Shown: one piece after another, positions 36,817 through 45,232 of the stretch
How positions within the stretch are numbered: position 1 is the stretch's first letter
Layout: each line of letters starts with the position of its first letter
Assembly (NCBI GenBank): GCA_001777575.1
Contig: MFEL01000010.1
Span: 84,661-148,660 of the forward strand
From: Candidatus Doudnabacteria bacterium RIFCSPHIGHO2_01_FULL_46_24
Lineage (GTDB): Bacteria > Patescibacteriota > Doudnabacteria > UBA920 > O2-02-FULL-48-8
DNA length: 64,000 bases
Direction: 5' to 3'
The notes under the pieces: generated by a model
What the model was told of the DNA's origin: nothing
What the model saw: only the letters and a program-made list of their open reading frames with translations
The model's database searches: none
Position numbers and translations under genes: made by a program

Positions 36817-36853
36817 GCAATTTACTTAAATACTGTAAAGTATTTAAGTATTT
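36817..36853. promoter_or_regulatory. Upstream copy of the paralog 3 box (AAATACTGTAAAGTATTTAAGTATT)
   Basis: Perfect 7-4-7 inverted repeat immediately upstream of the start codon. Confidence 0.55.
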
Positions 36854-36880
36854 TTACTTCAAGAAATATTCAATCAATTT

Positions 36881-37450
36881 CTAAGATTCCAAGACAATAA
36901 ATTGACCTTCGGATAGTTTGTAAATCGGCAGGTCTTCGCCGATGTTTTTTAGCTGGTCAAGAATGTCGTGCTTGCTTTGGTCCCAATGAGCCAAGCCTTT
37001 AATGGGCAGAATGCCTAAGCCTTGCTCGAACTGTTTTCTGTCATTGGAATAATAATGTTTGCAGAGCAAATACATGCCGGCGGAACTGCCGGCATAGACC
37101 TTGCCTTTGATCAAATCGGCGAAATCAGGTGTTTGATTTATTTTGGCCAAAAGTTTTTTCGTATCCCCGCCCCTGACATAAATCACATCAGCATTTTCGA
37201 TCTGCTTACGGAATGTATCCTGATCTTCGCTGGCGATTTCCAGCTCTATATCCTTGTCGGGAGAAGTCGATCGAAAGTTATTTGTATCATCCTGCAATAA
37301 TTCAAAAAAATCTGTTTCCGGCCGCGCGTAGTAAATCAAAAGCACCCTGACTTTTTGCGGCAAGCCCGTGAGTATTTCTTTAAAGAAGCCTCTATTGCCC
37401 TCTAGCTCAAACCTTCTGGTTGCGCCGCCATGAAGAACAAATTTTGTCAT
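36881..37450 (-). CDS. Peptidase S51 family (dipeptidase E / cyanophycinase-like)
   Basis: LHGGA... and nucleophile motif YAGSSAGMYLL. Confidence 0.6.
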   Translation of the reverse strand: MTKFVLHGGATRRFELEGNRGFFKEILTGLPQKVRVLLIYYARPETDFFELLQDDTNNFRSTSPDKDIELEIASEDQDTFRKQIENADVIYVRGGDTKKLLAKINQTPDFADLIKGKVYAGSSAGMYLLCKHYYSNDRKQFEQGLGILPIKGLAHWDQSKHDILDQLKNIGEDLPIYKLSEGQFIVLES

Positions 37451-37457
37451 ACTATAT

Positions 37458-38831
37458 TTATGCTATATTTGTGCTATATCCAGGTATAACTTTTTTACTA
37501 ACGGCCAAGTGGATTGCCAGCAGCAAAAATAAATCCAAATACATCTCTGCTCGGACCGTAAATGACAGGTAAATAGTCATGATAATGAAAAAGCAGGCGT
37601 AGGCGTAGAGGTTTAATGATAGGAAATTTGGACTTGATTGCCAATAGCGCCAGACTGCAGCCAAGATACCAGCAAGCAGGAATGGCACGAAGACAAAAGC
37701 GGCCTTGCCGAAATCCTGAACAAATGGGAAGAGGTACGTGCCCGTGTTCCACCAGCATTTGAAGATGGCGCAAAGGTCGAAGTCAGACTTGTATTTGTTG
37801 AGCGTGGGAATCGCTTTGCCAAAAATGTTCGTGAACGGATCAAGAGAAACTTTGCCACGCTGCAAATCATTTGTCTCATAATATTCCGTGACGTGCAAAA
37901 GCGCCTGCTGGTTGAAAGAAACGCCGACATAAATCGGCAGCAAGGCCTTGCCTATGGGATTGAAGCCCGAAGAATCAATGCTGGTCACTCCGGCCAAATA
38001 ATCAGTTGTGCCATAGCTTTTATACTGCCGATAAAGCGGCACGGCGGCCAGAACCAGAACGGAAATCAAAAGAAAAATCGGATAAAACTTGAGCGCTTGC
38101 TTGAGGTTGGGTTTGCGCATCAAAAGATACAGGGCCATGACCCAAAGATCTACAAAAAATATCTGGGTGCGTGAGGCAAAGAGGGTGAGGCTTATAGCGC
38201 CGATGAGAATTATGAGTATAAGATCCCACTTTGTAGCGTTCCGATTTATCGGCTCTGGGTTTGAGCTCATAAATGGGCGCGCTACATAAAAAATCAGAAA
38301 AAAACTAAGCGGGATAAACAGCCGGGCAAACTGGGCTGTGTAATTGATTAAGCCCGGCACTTGCTCATCGGCCACGAATCGGAAGACGTCGGTGTCAGGA
38401 GCGAGCAGCGGAAAGTTGCCAGCACGGGTATAGAACATTGCAAGGGCAATAAGTGAAATGAAAAATAAGGCATAAATTATTACTCTTAAACTGTTAATTT
38501 TTAACTGTTGGCTGCTAACTCCGCTGTAGCCCGCTGATTTATCAGCGCCCATAAATGGGCGGGTTACATTTTTGCGCCAAATCCAATCAAACACATAAAA
38601 TCCAATCACAAACATACACAAAGACACGATTAAAAGCAGCCAAAAGGCCGGATACCAGTCTTTTTCAATACGCGACAGATGAAGCTGCGGCACGCCAAGT
38701 CCGATCATCCACGTCGAAAGCATGAGCCACAACGGGCTGAACTGATGTTTTCGGTCGCGCAGAAAAAGATAGAAAAACACTGCGAATAAGATTAGGAAAA
38801 TTGAGAATAAAAACATATAATATGCTCCCAT
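37458..38831 (-). CDS. Polytopic membrane protein; O-antigen/oligosaccharide-repeat polymerase (Wzy)-like
   Basis: About 11 predicted TM segments; sits between flippase and GT genes. No soluble-domain motifs. Confidence 0.45.
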   Translation of the reverse strand: MGAYYMFLFSIFLILFAVFFYLFLRDRKHQFSPLWLMLSTWMIGLGVPQLHLSRIEKDWYPAFWLLLIVSLCMFVIGFYVFDWIWRKNVTRPFMGADKSAGYSGVSSQQLKINSLRVIIYALFFISLIALAMFYTRAGNFPLLAPDTDVFRFVADEQVPGLINYTAQFARLFIPLSFFLIFYVARPFMSSNPEPINRNATKWDLILIILIGAISLTLFASRTQIFFVDLWVMALYLLMRKPNLKQALKFYPIFLLISVLVLAAVPLYRQYKSYGTTDYLAGVTSIDSSGFNPIGKALLPIYVGVSFNQQALLHVTEYYETNDLQRGKVSLDPFTNIFGKAIPTLNKYKSDFDLCAIFKCWWNTGTYLFPFVQDFGKAAFVFVPFLLAGILAAVWRYWQSSPNFLSLNLYAYACFFIIMTIYLSFTVRAEMYLDLFLLLAIHLAVSKKVIPGYSTNIA

Positions 38832-38881
38832 CCCCGCTGAAAATTTCTTAAAGTTGAGCGGGGATCTTACAAAAGCCTTTA

Positions 38882-40036
38882 CTAAGATCCCCGATTACTT
38901 GTCATGATTCTTGCCTCGGGATGATTAAGGGCTTTCAAACTCTCAAACAACGACAAAGTTTTTCTTGCTGTATTCTCCCACGAAAACCTCTTGGCTTGCT
39001 CCAAACCTTTCGCAATCATTTGCAAACGTAATTCTTTATCTGTCAAAACCTGCAGCAGGCCTTCGGCCACCGAATCAACAGAATTGGGATCCACGAGGAG
39101 TCCGGCATCCCCTACCACTTCCGGAAGTGACGAAACATCTGAAACCACTACTGGCACTCCGGACTTCATGGCCTCCAGCGGCGGCAGGCCAAAGCCTTCA
39201 TAAAGCGCCGGCAAAGTCAAAAGCGAAGCTCCGGCAAACAAAAACGGCAAATCTTCATCCGTGACATAATCTAAAACCTGCACCGCTTGACCAAGTCCGC
39301 TTTCCTTAATTTTTTGCTCGATCGGCTCCCACAGCCAGCCTTTTTTACCCACAATCACCAGTTTCTCCTCCATATGATTATCTTTCTTAATCTTGATAAA
39401 TGCTTCAACTAAGCGGGGAATGTTTTTGCGCGGCTGCATGGTGCCGACAAACAAAATGTATTTTTGATAGACCAAGCCGAACTTATCCAGCGTTGGCTGG
39501 CAATCTGAATAATTTCGCGGCCTAAACTGCTCTCCCACTGCCAAATGGATAACTTCTATCTTTTGAGGATCAACTTGGTAGTGCTTGATTAAGTCGTTTT
39601 TGGTCGATTGGGAAACGGCGACAACTTTGGCCGCTTGTTTGACCGCGTGCCTGGTGGACCAATCCAGATAATGCCGCATAAATGGCGTGAACGCCTCAGG
39701 AAATAATTTCCAGGCCACATCGTGGACCGTGACCACAGACCTTCTAGGATGCCAAATCGGCAGCGCTGAAGCCAAAATCGCCAACACGTCAACTGCATGA
39801 GTGAGCATTTCCCAGGAAATCCGCAACTGAGTCCAAAATTTTGGGAATGGAATGACTTTAAGCTTAAAATTTGGCCCAAGATGGTAAAACCATTCCTGGG
39901 GCTGGGTTCGAAAGTATAAAACGTATTGATTTTTCGCGTCGAGCCTTGCCAAATGCCTGATGAGATGGGCGGCATAAACCTCCACTCCGGTTTTTTGCGG
40001 TAAATTGGCCCGCTCTGCTTCGATGCCTATGGTCAT
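38882..40036 (-). CDS. Glycosyltransferase family 4
   Basis: YEGFGLPPLEAMKSGVPVVVSDVSSLPEVVG. Confidence 0.8.
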   Translation of the reverse strand: MTIGIEAERANLPQKTGVEVYAAHLIRHLARLDAKNQYVLYFRTQPQEWFYHLGPNFKLKVIPFPKFWTQLRISWEMLTHAVDVLAILASALPIWHPRRSVVTVHDVAWKLFPEAFTPFMRHYLDWSTRHAVKQAAKVVAVSQSTKNDLIKHYQVDPQKIEVIHLAVGEQFRPRNYSDCQPTLDKFGLVYQKYILFVGTMQPRKNIPRLVEAFIKIKKDNHMEEKLVIVGKKGWLWEPIEQKIKESGLGQAVQVLDYVTDEDLPFLFAGASLLTLPALYEGFGLPPLEAMKSGVPVVVSDVSSLPEVVGDAGLLVDPNSVDSVAEGLLQVLTDKELRLQMIAKGLEQAKRFSWENTARKTLSLFESLKALNHPEARIMTSNRGS

Positions 40037-40057
40037 ATTTACTAATGATACTAATTA

Positions 40058-41503
40058 CTAGACCGTTTCCGTTTTTACATCAACTGACTTTCTTATATTC
40101 ACCGCGGCTTTGAACAAATCCCAATCCTGGCGATGGAAAAATTTAAGCAGTAAAAGTGATACCGAATAAGCCAAGGCGCCAACTGCGATAAGCAGCCAGA
40201 CATTGCGGCCGGCAAGCAGAATCAAAGCAACAGCCATAATGCCCCCGGCAATCAAGGGCTTGATAAAGTACCGAAAAAAATTGTACCGGATAATTTTTTT
40301 GTTAACCACATAGGTGTAGGCAAGCAATTGGATGATCTCGCTGCCCACAGTTATGGCCGCGGATGCCACAAACCCGAATCGCGGCAACAAAATAATATTG
40401 GCGGCTAGGTTATAAAAAAGATTGAAGCCCGTGATTTTCATGGCTGTCTTGGTCATCTGCGAAATAATCAGGCTGTTGACCGGCGAGTAAATGATGAGCA
40501 GTGAGACTGCCAGCACCAGAAGCCATAAGGCATTTGCTGCCGGCATAAAAGTTTCGCCGTAGAAAGCCAAAGTTATGGGCTTGGCCAAGATAAACGCGCC
40601 AATGGATAAAGGCACGGCCAGGGCAATCATATAGCGCGAATAGGTTTCCAGGCCCTCTTTGGCGTAATCCTTCAAATTCTTGCTCAAGGCCTCGGCAAAA
40701 AACGGATACAGCGACACGCCGACCACAGCCGGCAAAAACGCCAGCACATCCCAAAATTTATACGCCGCCGTATAATATCCGGTTTCCACGAAATCACGGA
40801 ATTTGGGCAGCAGGAGCGTGTCGATTCGGTTATAGATGCTAAAAAAGGTCAAAAAGATAAAAGGCGCGTTCATCAAAATAAGCTGCTTCCAAAACTGAAA
40901 GTCAAAAGCCGGCTTCAGCCTGACATATCGCTTGTTAACCAAAATCGAATAGACGATCAAATCAAACAAGCCCACTGCAACGCTGATTAAGGACAAGAAG
41001 AACAAGTTTTGCCGGAAGACAATGGCCAAAACCATCATGGAGGCGTTGATGAGGGAATTGAAAAAATTAATCCCGGCCATGATGGTCAGGCGCTGGAACG
41101 CGCTGACCACGGAGCGCAGCGGCAGGCTGAGGGTAGACAGGAACAACCCGAGGCTGGCCATGTATAAGGCATTTTTGACATCCACGGGGTAATCGTTGAT
41201 AAACACCACGGCATTCATAATACCGACGAACACCACGGCCAAAATTGTCTGGATGACAAAATAATTGCCCAGATACTTTTCAGCATGGGCGCGATCCTCG
41301 CTGATTTTTTTGATAACCAGCTGCGACATGCCAAGATCAATAAAAAAATTAAACACCGTAACATAGGCAGCCAGCAAGCCATACTGCCCGGTCACGGTCG
41401 GGCCCAAATACTGCGCCAGCTGGGTATAAACTAAAAACAGGATAACCCCGGCAATTATCCTGGAAACAATCAGGCTCAAAATATTGCGTCCAATCTGCAG
41501 CAT
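40058..41503 (-). CDS. Polysaccharide biosynthesis protein; Wzx-type flippase (MOP superfamily)
   Basis: About 14 TM segments; N-terminus ...RIIAGVILFLVYTQLAQYLGP... typical of Wzx/RfbX. Confidence 0.7.
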   Translation of the reverse strand: MLQIGRNILSLIVSRIIAGVILFLVYTQLAQYLGPTVTGQYGLLAAYVTVFNFFIDLGMSQLVIKKISEDRAHAEKYLGNYFVIQTILAVVFVGIMNAVVFINDYPVDVKNALYMASLGLFLSTLSLPLRSVVSAFQRLTIMAGINFFNSLINASMMVLAIVFRQNLFFLSLISVAVGLFDLIVYSILVNKRYVRLKPAFDFQFWKQLILMNAPFIFLTFFSIYNRIDTLLLPKFRDFVETGYYTAAYKFWDVLAFLPAVVGVSLYPFFAEALSKNLKDYAKEGLETYSRYMIALAVPLSIGAFILAKPITLAFYGETFMPAANALWLLVLAVSLLIIYSPVNSLIISQMTKTAMKITGFNLFYNLAANIILLPRFGFVASAAITVGSEIIQLLAYTYVVNKKIIRYNFFRYFIKPLIAGGIMAVALILLAGRNVWLLIAVGALAYSVSLLLLKFFHRQDWDLFKAAVNIRKSVDVKTETV

Positions 41504-41636
41504 AGCTCAAACATTATAAAGTAAAATAAACATTTATGAAAGTTTGATTTTATTGAAAAAATTAAAATTTTAACGACACTCAGAACGCCTTTTTCGCGAT
41601 CGCGAAATTTGCGTTTTATCTAACTTAGTATTACCA

Positions 41637-42824
41637 CTACTCTTTACTTCTTTTCAAATACTTCTTACCCTTTAGTTTTTCAGGCAGATAGCTTTCCTGG
41701 TCATACATTTCATAATCCTTGCCATAGTCCAAATCTTTCATGAGCTTAGTTGGGGCATTGCGGATGTTTAGCGGAATCGGCAGGTTGCCGTGTTCCCTGA
41801 CATCCTCCACAGCTGCGAAGTAAGCATTGTAGGAATCCCGGCTTTTGGGAGCCAGGGCAAGATACGCCGCACCATGCGCCAAATTGATGGCGCATTCGGG
41901 GTAGCCAATGGTTTCGCAGGCGCGAAACACGTCATTGGCCACCATCAGCGCCTTGGGATCAGCCAGGCCCACATCTTCAGACGCAAACACGACCATACGC
42001 CGGGCGATGAATTTGGGATCCTCCCCAGCCTCCACCATGCGCGCCAAATAATAAAGCACGGCATCCGGCTGGCTGGCGCGCATGGATTTGATAAAAGCGG
42101 AAATAGTATTGTAGTGCTCGTCAGCTTGCTTGTCATAGCGCAGATGCTTGCTCTGTAAAGTGTTTTTGAGATTTTCAACCGTGATGTCCTTGTAAAACTT
42201 AACGGTATTTTCCAGCATGGTAATCGCCTGCCTGGCATCGCCATTGGCCATTCGTATTAGCCATTCCTTGGCGTCTTTGGAAAGCTGGAAGCCTGTCCGG
42301 TCAATGATCCGGTTCATCTCTTCCCCGTTCAGTTCATTCAACACAAACACGCGGCAGCGGGAAAGCAAGGGTGAAATGACTTCAAAACTCGGGTTTTCCG
42401 TTGTGGCGCCGATCAAGGTCAACTTTCCGGATTCCACGGAAGGGAGCAAATAATCCTGCTGCGCTTTGTTAAACCTGTGAATTTCATCAAGGAACAAAAC
42501 CTTAGGCTGGTCGAGGAGAGGCACTCTCCCAGCAGAGCGCTCGTCTTGGAGGGTGCCTCTCCAACCTTTCGACTCCACAATCTTCCGAATATCATCTTTA
42601 CCCGCGGAAACCGCGGACAACTCAAAATATTCCGCGCCCAAAGCGTTAGCATAAATCCTCGCCAAAGTAGTTTTGCCCACTCCCGGCGGACCCCAAAGAA
42701 TAAACGAAAACAAGTACCGACCTTTGATGGCAATGCGCAGGGGTTTGTCTTTCCCAACAAGGTGTTCCTGTCCCACAAACTCCTCCAAGCTCTTGGGCCT
42801 GATTTTTGAGGCTAGTGGTTCCAT
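41637..42824 (-). CDS. rarA: Replication-associated recombination protein A (AAA+ ATPase)
   Basis: Walker A GPPGVGKTT, Walker B LFLDEIHRFNK, and the MgsA C-terminal domain. Confidence 0.85.
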   Translation of the reverse strand: MEPLASKIRPKSLEEFVGQEHLVGKDKPLRIAIKGRYLFSFILWGPPGVGKTTLARIYANALGAEYFELSAVSAGKDDIRKIVESKGWRGTLQDERSAGRVPLLDQPKVLFLDEIHRFNKAQQDYLLPSVESGKLTLIGATTENPSFEVISPLLSRCRVFVLNELNGEEMNRIIDRTGFQLSKDAKEWLIRMANGDARQAITMLENTVKFYKDITVENLKNTLQSKHLRYDKQADEHYNTISAFIKSMRASQPDAVLYYLARMVEAGEDPKFIARRMVVFASEDVGLADPKALMVANDVFRACETIGYPECAINLAHGAAYLALAPKSRDSYNAYFAAVEDVREHGNLPIPLNIRNAPTKLMKDLDYGKDYEMYDQESYLPEKLKGKKYLKRSKE

Positions 42825-42855
42825 GGCTTAAATAATAAACAGAAATCAGCAAACA

Positions 42856-42890
42856 GGCAAAAAAACAAAGCGGCTTTTTTGCCGCCTTGG
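42856..42890 (-). terminator. Rho-independent terminator (GGCGGC-aaaaaa-GCCGC then TTTGTTTTTTTG on the minus strand)
   Basis: Seen directly, about 40 nt after the stop (42933) of the out-of-frame continuation of the 43105-43317 gene. Confidence 0.6.
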
Positions 42891-43104
42891 CTATTATAGC
42901 ACAATGTCTCACCCGAGGTACAGTTTGTTATTCAACTCTGGTTTAACCTATCAATTTGTTCAATAATTCCCGTTAATTTCTGCTGCACATGCTCCATCCC
43001 ATCATTGAGTTCCTTTTCAACTCGCTTCCAAACAGGATGGTTGTCTATGGCCGCCTTGACATCGTCTTCGTATCGAACAGGGGTGCGGCCGACAGGTCTT
43101 GGGT

Positions 43105-43317
43105 TTAATAACCTGTAAGCTTTGACAAATTCTTCCGCTGATCGCGAAGTTTCTTTGCCATTGTCTCTAACGCCTGCAGTGCTGATTCTTTTTCTTTCTC
43201 CAACGCCTGAAGTTCTCTCGGTTTTTGATCTCCATTTTCAACCCGACCTTCTGACACCCTCATCATAGCCTGATCTCTTTCGGACATGCCCCCTATATCT
43301 TCTTCTGGTCTTGGCAT
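43105..43317 (-). CDS. Hypothetical coiled-coil protein; possibly the N-terminal part of a frameshifted gene that continues to 42933
   Basis: ORF1 is MPRPEEDIGG...KLRDQRKNLSKLTGY. The -1 frame continues protein-like without a start (...EEFVKAYRLLNPRPVGRTPVRYEDDVKAAIDNHPVWKRVEKELNDGMEHVQQKLTGIIEQIDRLNQS), stopping at 42933-42935. Confidence 0.3.
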   Translation of the reverse strand: MPRPEEDIGGMSERDQAMMRVSEGRVENGDQKPRELQALEKEKESALQALETMAKKLRDQRKNLSKLTGY

Positions 43318-43501
43318 AAAAAATAAAACTTAATTGGTTAACCTTATAGTAGTCTCTCTCTGGATGTTAAGCGCCAAAAATTGAGGCCTACCTAAATGTG
43401 CCATGGCACAAATAGGTCATTTAACGCCTCACATGCATTTAAGGCGTTAAAATCCCGCCTGCCTACCGGCTCAACTCAAAGGAATTCTTAGCGGGGATGG
43501 G

Positions 43502-45232
43502 TCAGGGTATAACATTTCCTTTTTCGTAAGCTTCAACCTCGGCTTGCGGCAGGATCGTGGCTTTGGGGTAGCGGGCTTTTTTGTAGGAGACAGCTGTGAA
43601 CATGCTCAATACGCCATTTTCGACTTTGTAAATCGCAGTTGACTGGTCGCCCTTAAGCACGGTGCCGTCTTTGGGCGGGAAGGGCACGCCCGTTGGGATT
43701 TGGTTGAATTCTTCCGCCCCGATCATCAGGCGCGGGAAGTTGCCCACGCTTCTTTGTTGGAACACGAACGCGGACACAAACTGTTTTTGCCCATTCTTAA
43801 ACCAAAAGATGCCGGTGTCCCCTTTCAGGCTGATGGAAATCGATTCCGGCGGGTAAACAAACTGGCCCGAAGGAATACCCAAGACTTCGGCGTCTGTCAA
43901 TTTCATCAGCTTGGCAAACGAAAACTTGCGCGCCACAAACACTTCGTAAGAAATCGGGCGCTTCAAGCCGGCGTCAACCAGATACACGGTCAAATCGGTT
44001 TCGCCCGTGATGAGCGTGCCGTCAACCGGGGCAACAAACGAACCGGTTTCGTAAGAGTCAACTTCAGCTTGGGGCAGGGTCACGACATTGGCAAACGAAA
44101 ATTTGCGCTGGACGAATACCGGATAAGAAATGGCGTGCTTTTTGGTGTCTTCAATCAGATAAACGGCCGGACTGACATCACCTTTGATGAGAGTGCTGTC
44201 AAGCGGCGGCATGGGTTTTTCCGAAATATAGGAATCGAACTCGGTCTGCGACACGCTGATGACATTATTCGTGTTGATTTTGCGCTGTGTCGCCACGAAT
44301 TGAGAAAACGGCCGTTTGGCGCCATTGTCAATGACGTAGAAATTCGGATCGCCGACTAACTGGATGACTGTGCCATTGGGATACTTAAACCACAGCGAAT
44401 AATATCGCCAAAAATTGTAATTGCCGTTGAAGACGTGCGGTGTATAACGGTAAAGCGCGGCTGTGGCAAAATTGCCCAAAGAAAGGCTTTGGGTTGCGGC
44501 CACGTTGTCAAAGCCGCCTAAAGTGTTGTCCAAGATGATCGTATCCCCTTTCCGCGCGGTTCTGGCAATGGGCCTGCCAAAAGTCTGGCTGGAGGCATCC
44601 ACGCCCGGGCCGCGGCCCACACGCACGCCGCCGACTTCAGTGCGGAACGATTTCATTAGAGAAGCAGCCGCGCCCAGCCACCGGCTGCCGGAAGAATCAA
44701 AACTGCCGAACAGCTGCCGGTAAAAACCCAAAAAGATTTCGCCGCAGCCTTCGTAATCCGGGCAACCAAACCCCAAGGCGCGGTCCAGGCGGTTCTGCAA
44801 ACTGTTGCCGTTAAAATTGCCCAAAATCAGGCTTTGCTCTTTTTGCAGCATGACCAGCATCACCTGCGGATTTAACCCCTTGGAAACCGAGGCGTCATAA
44901 ATCAACTCGGAGGCAGTGCGCAGCCGGCCCAAATTGGGACTGGGGTCCTCGAGCGCGACCTTGGTCAGGGTGTCCGGCTCTTTGAGTTTGAGCAAAAAAT
45001 CCTGGCTGGTGTCGGCCAGCAAAGAGTTGTGCTGCTCGAAAAATTTCTGAATGCCGGCAGCCGAGCCAAAAGTGCCAACATCGGCAAAAGCCTCGTCAGG
45101 GATCAAAAGGCTGGGATTGAAAGCCGGATCAATCGCGCCCTGTCCTAAGGCAACGAGAGGCGCGGAAATCACAAATCCTAAAGTCAGAACTACCAATATT
45201 TTGGCTTTTGAATTTTGACTTTTTAATTTCAT
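43502..45232 (-). CDS. Secreted protein with four C-terminal tandem repeats of about 45-50 aa, shared with the adjacent S8 protease
   Basis: Signal peptide MKLKSQNSKAKILVVLTLGFVISAPLVALG. Repeats such as YLVDAGLKRPISYEVFVARKFSFAKLMKLTDAEVLGIPSG. 4-nt overlap with the upstream gene. Confidence 0.5.
   Translation of the reverse strand: MKLKSQNSKAKILVVLTLGFVISAPLVALGQGAIDPAFNPSLLIPDEAFADVGTFGSAAGIQKFFEQHNSLLADTSQDFLLKLKEPDTLTKVALEDPSPNLGRLRTASELIYDASVSKGLNPQVMLVMLQKEQSLILGNFNGNSLQNRLDRALGFGCPDYEGCGEIFLGFYRQLFGSFDSSGSRWLGAAASLMKSFRTEVGGVRVGRGPGVDASSQTFGRPIARTARKGDTIILDNTLGGFDNVAATQSLSLGNFATAALYRYTPHVFNGNYNFWRYYSLWFKYPNGTVIQLVGDPNFYVIDNGAKRPFSQFVATQRKINTNNVISVSQTEFDSYISEKPMPPLDSTLIKGDVSPAVYLIEDTKKHAISYPVFVQRKFSFANVVTLPQAEVDSYETGSFVAPVDGTLITGETDLTVYLVDAGLKRPISYEVFVARKFSFAKLMKLTDAEVLGIPSGQFVYPPESISISLKGDTGIFWFKNGQKQFVSAFVFQQRSVGNFPRLMIGAEEFNQIPTGVPFPPKDGTVLKGDQSTAIYKVENGVLSMFTAVSYKKARYPKATILPQAEVEAYEKGNVIP

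Noticed and set aside
43700-44359. 219-aa plus-strand ORF and several other plus ORFs inside the repeat-protein and S8 genes
   Set aside because: Antisense to genes with a signal peptide plus repeats, or the S8 catalytic triad; the compositional bias of the sense strand generates long antisense ORFs.
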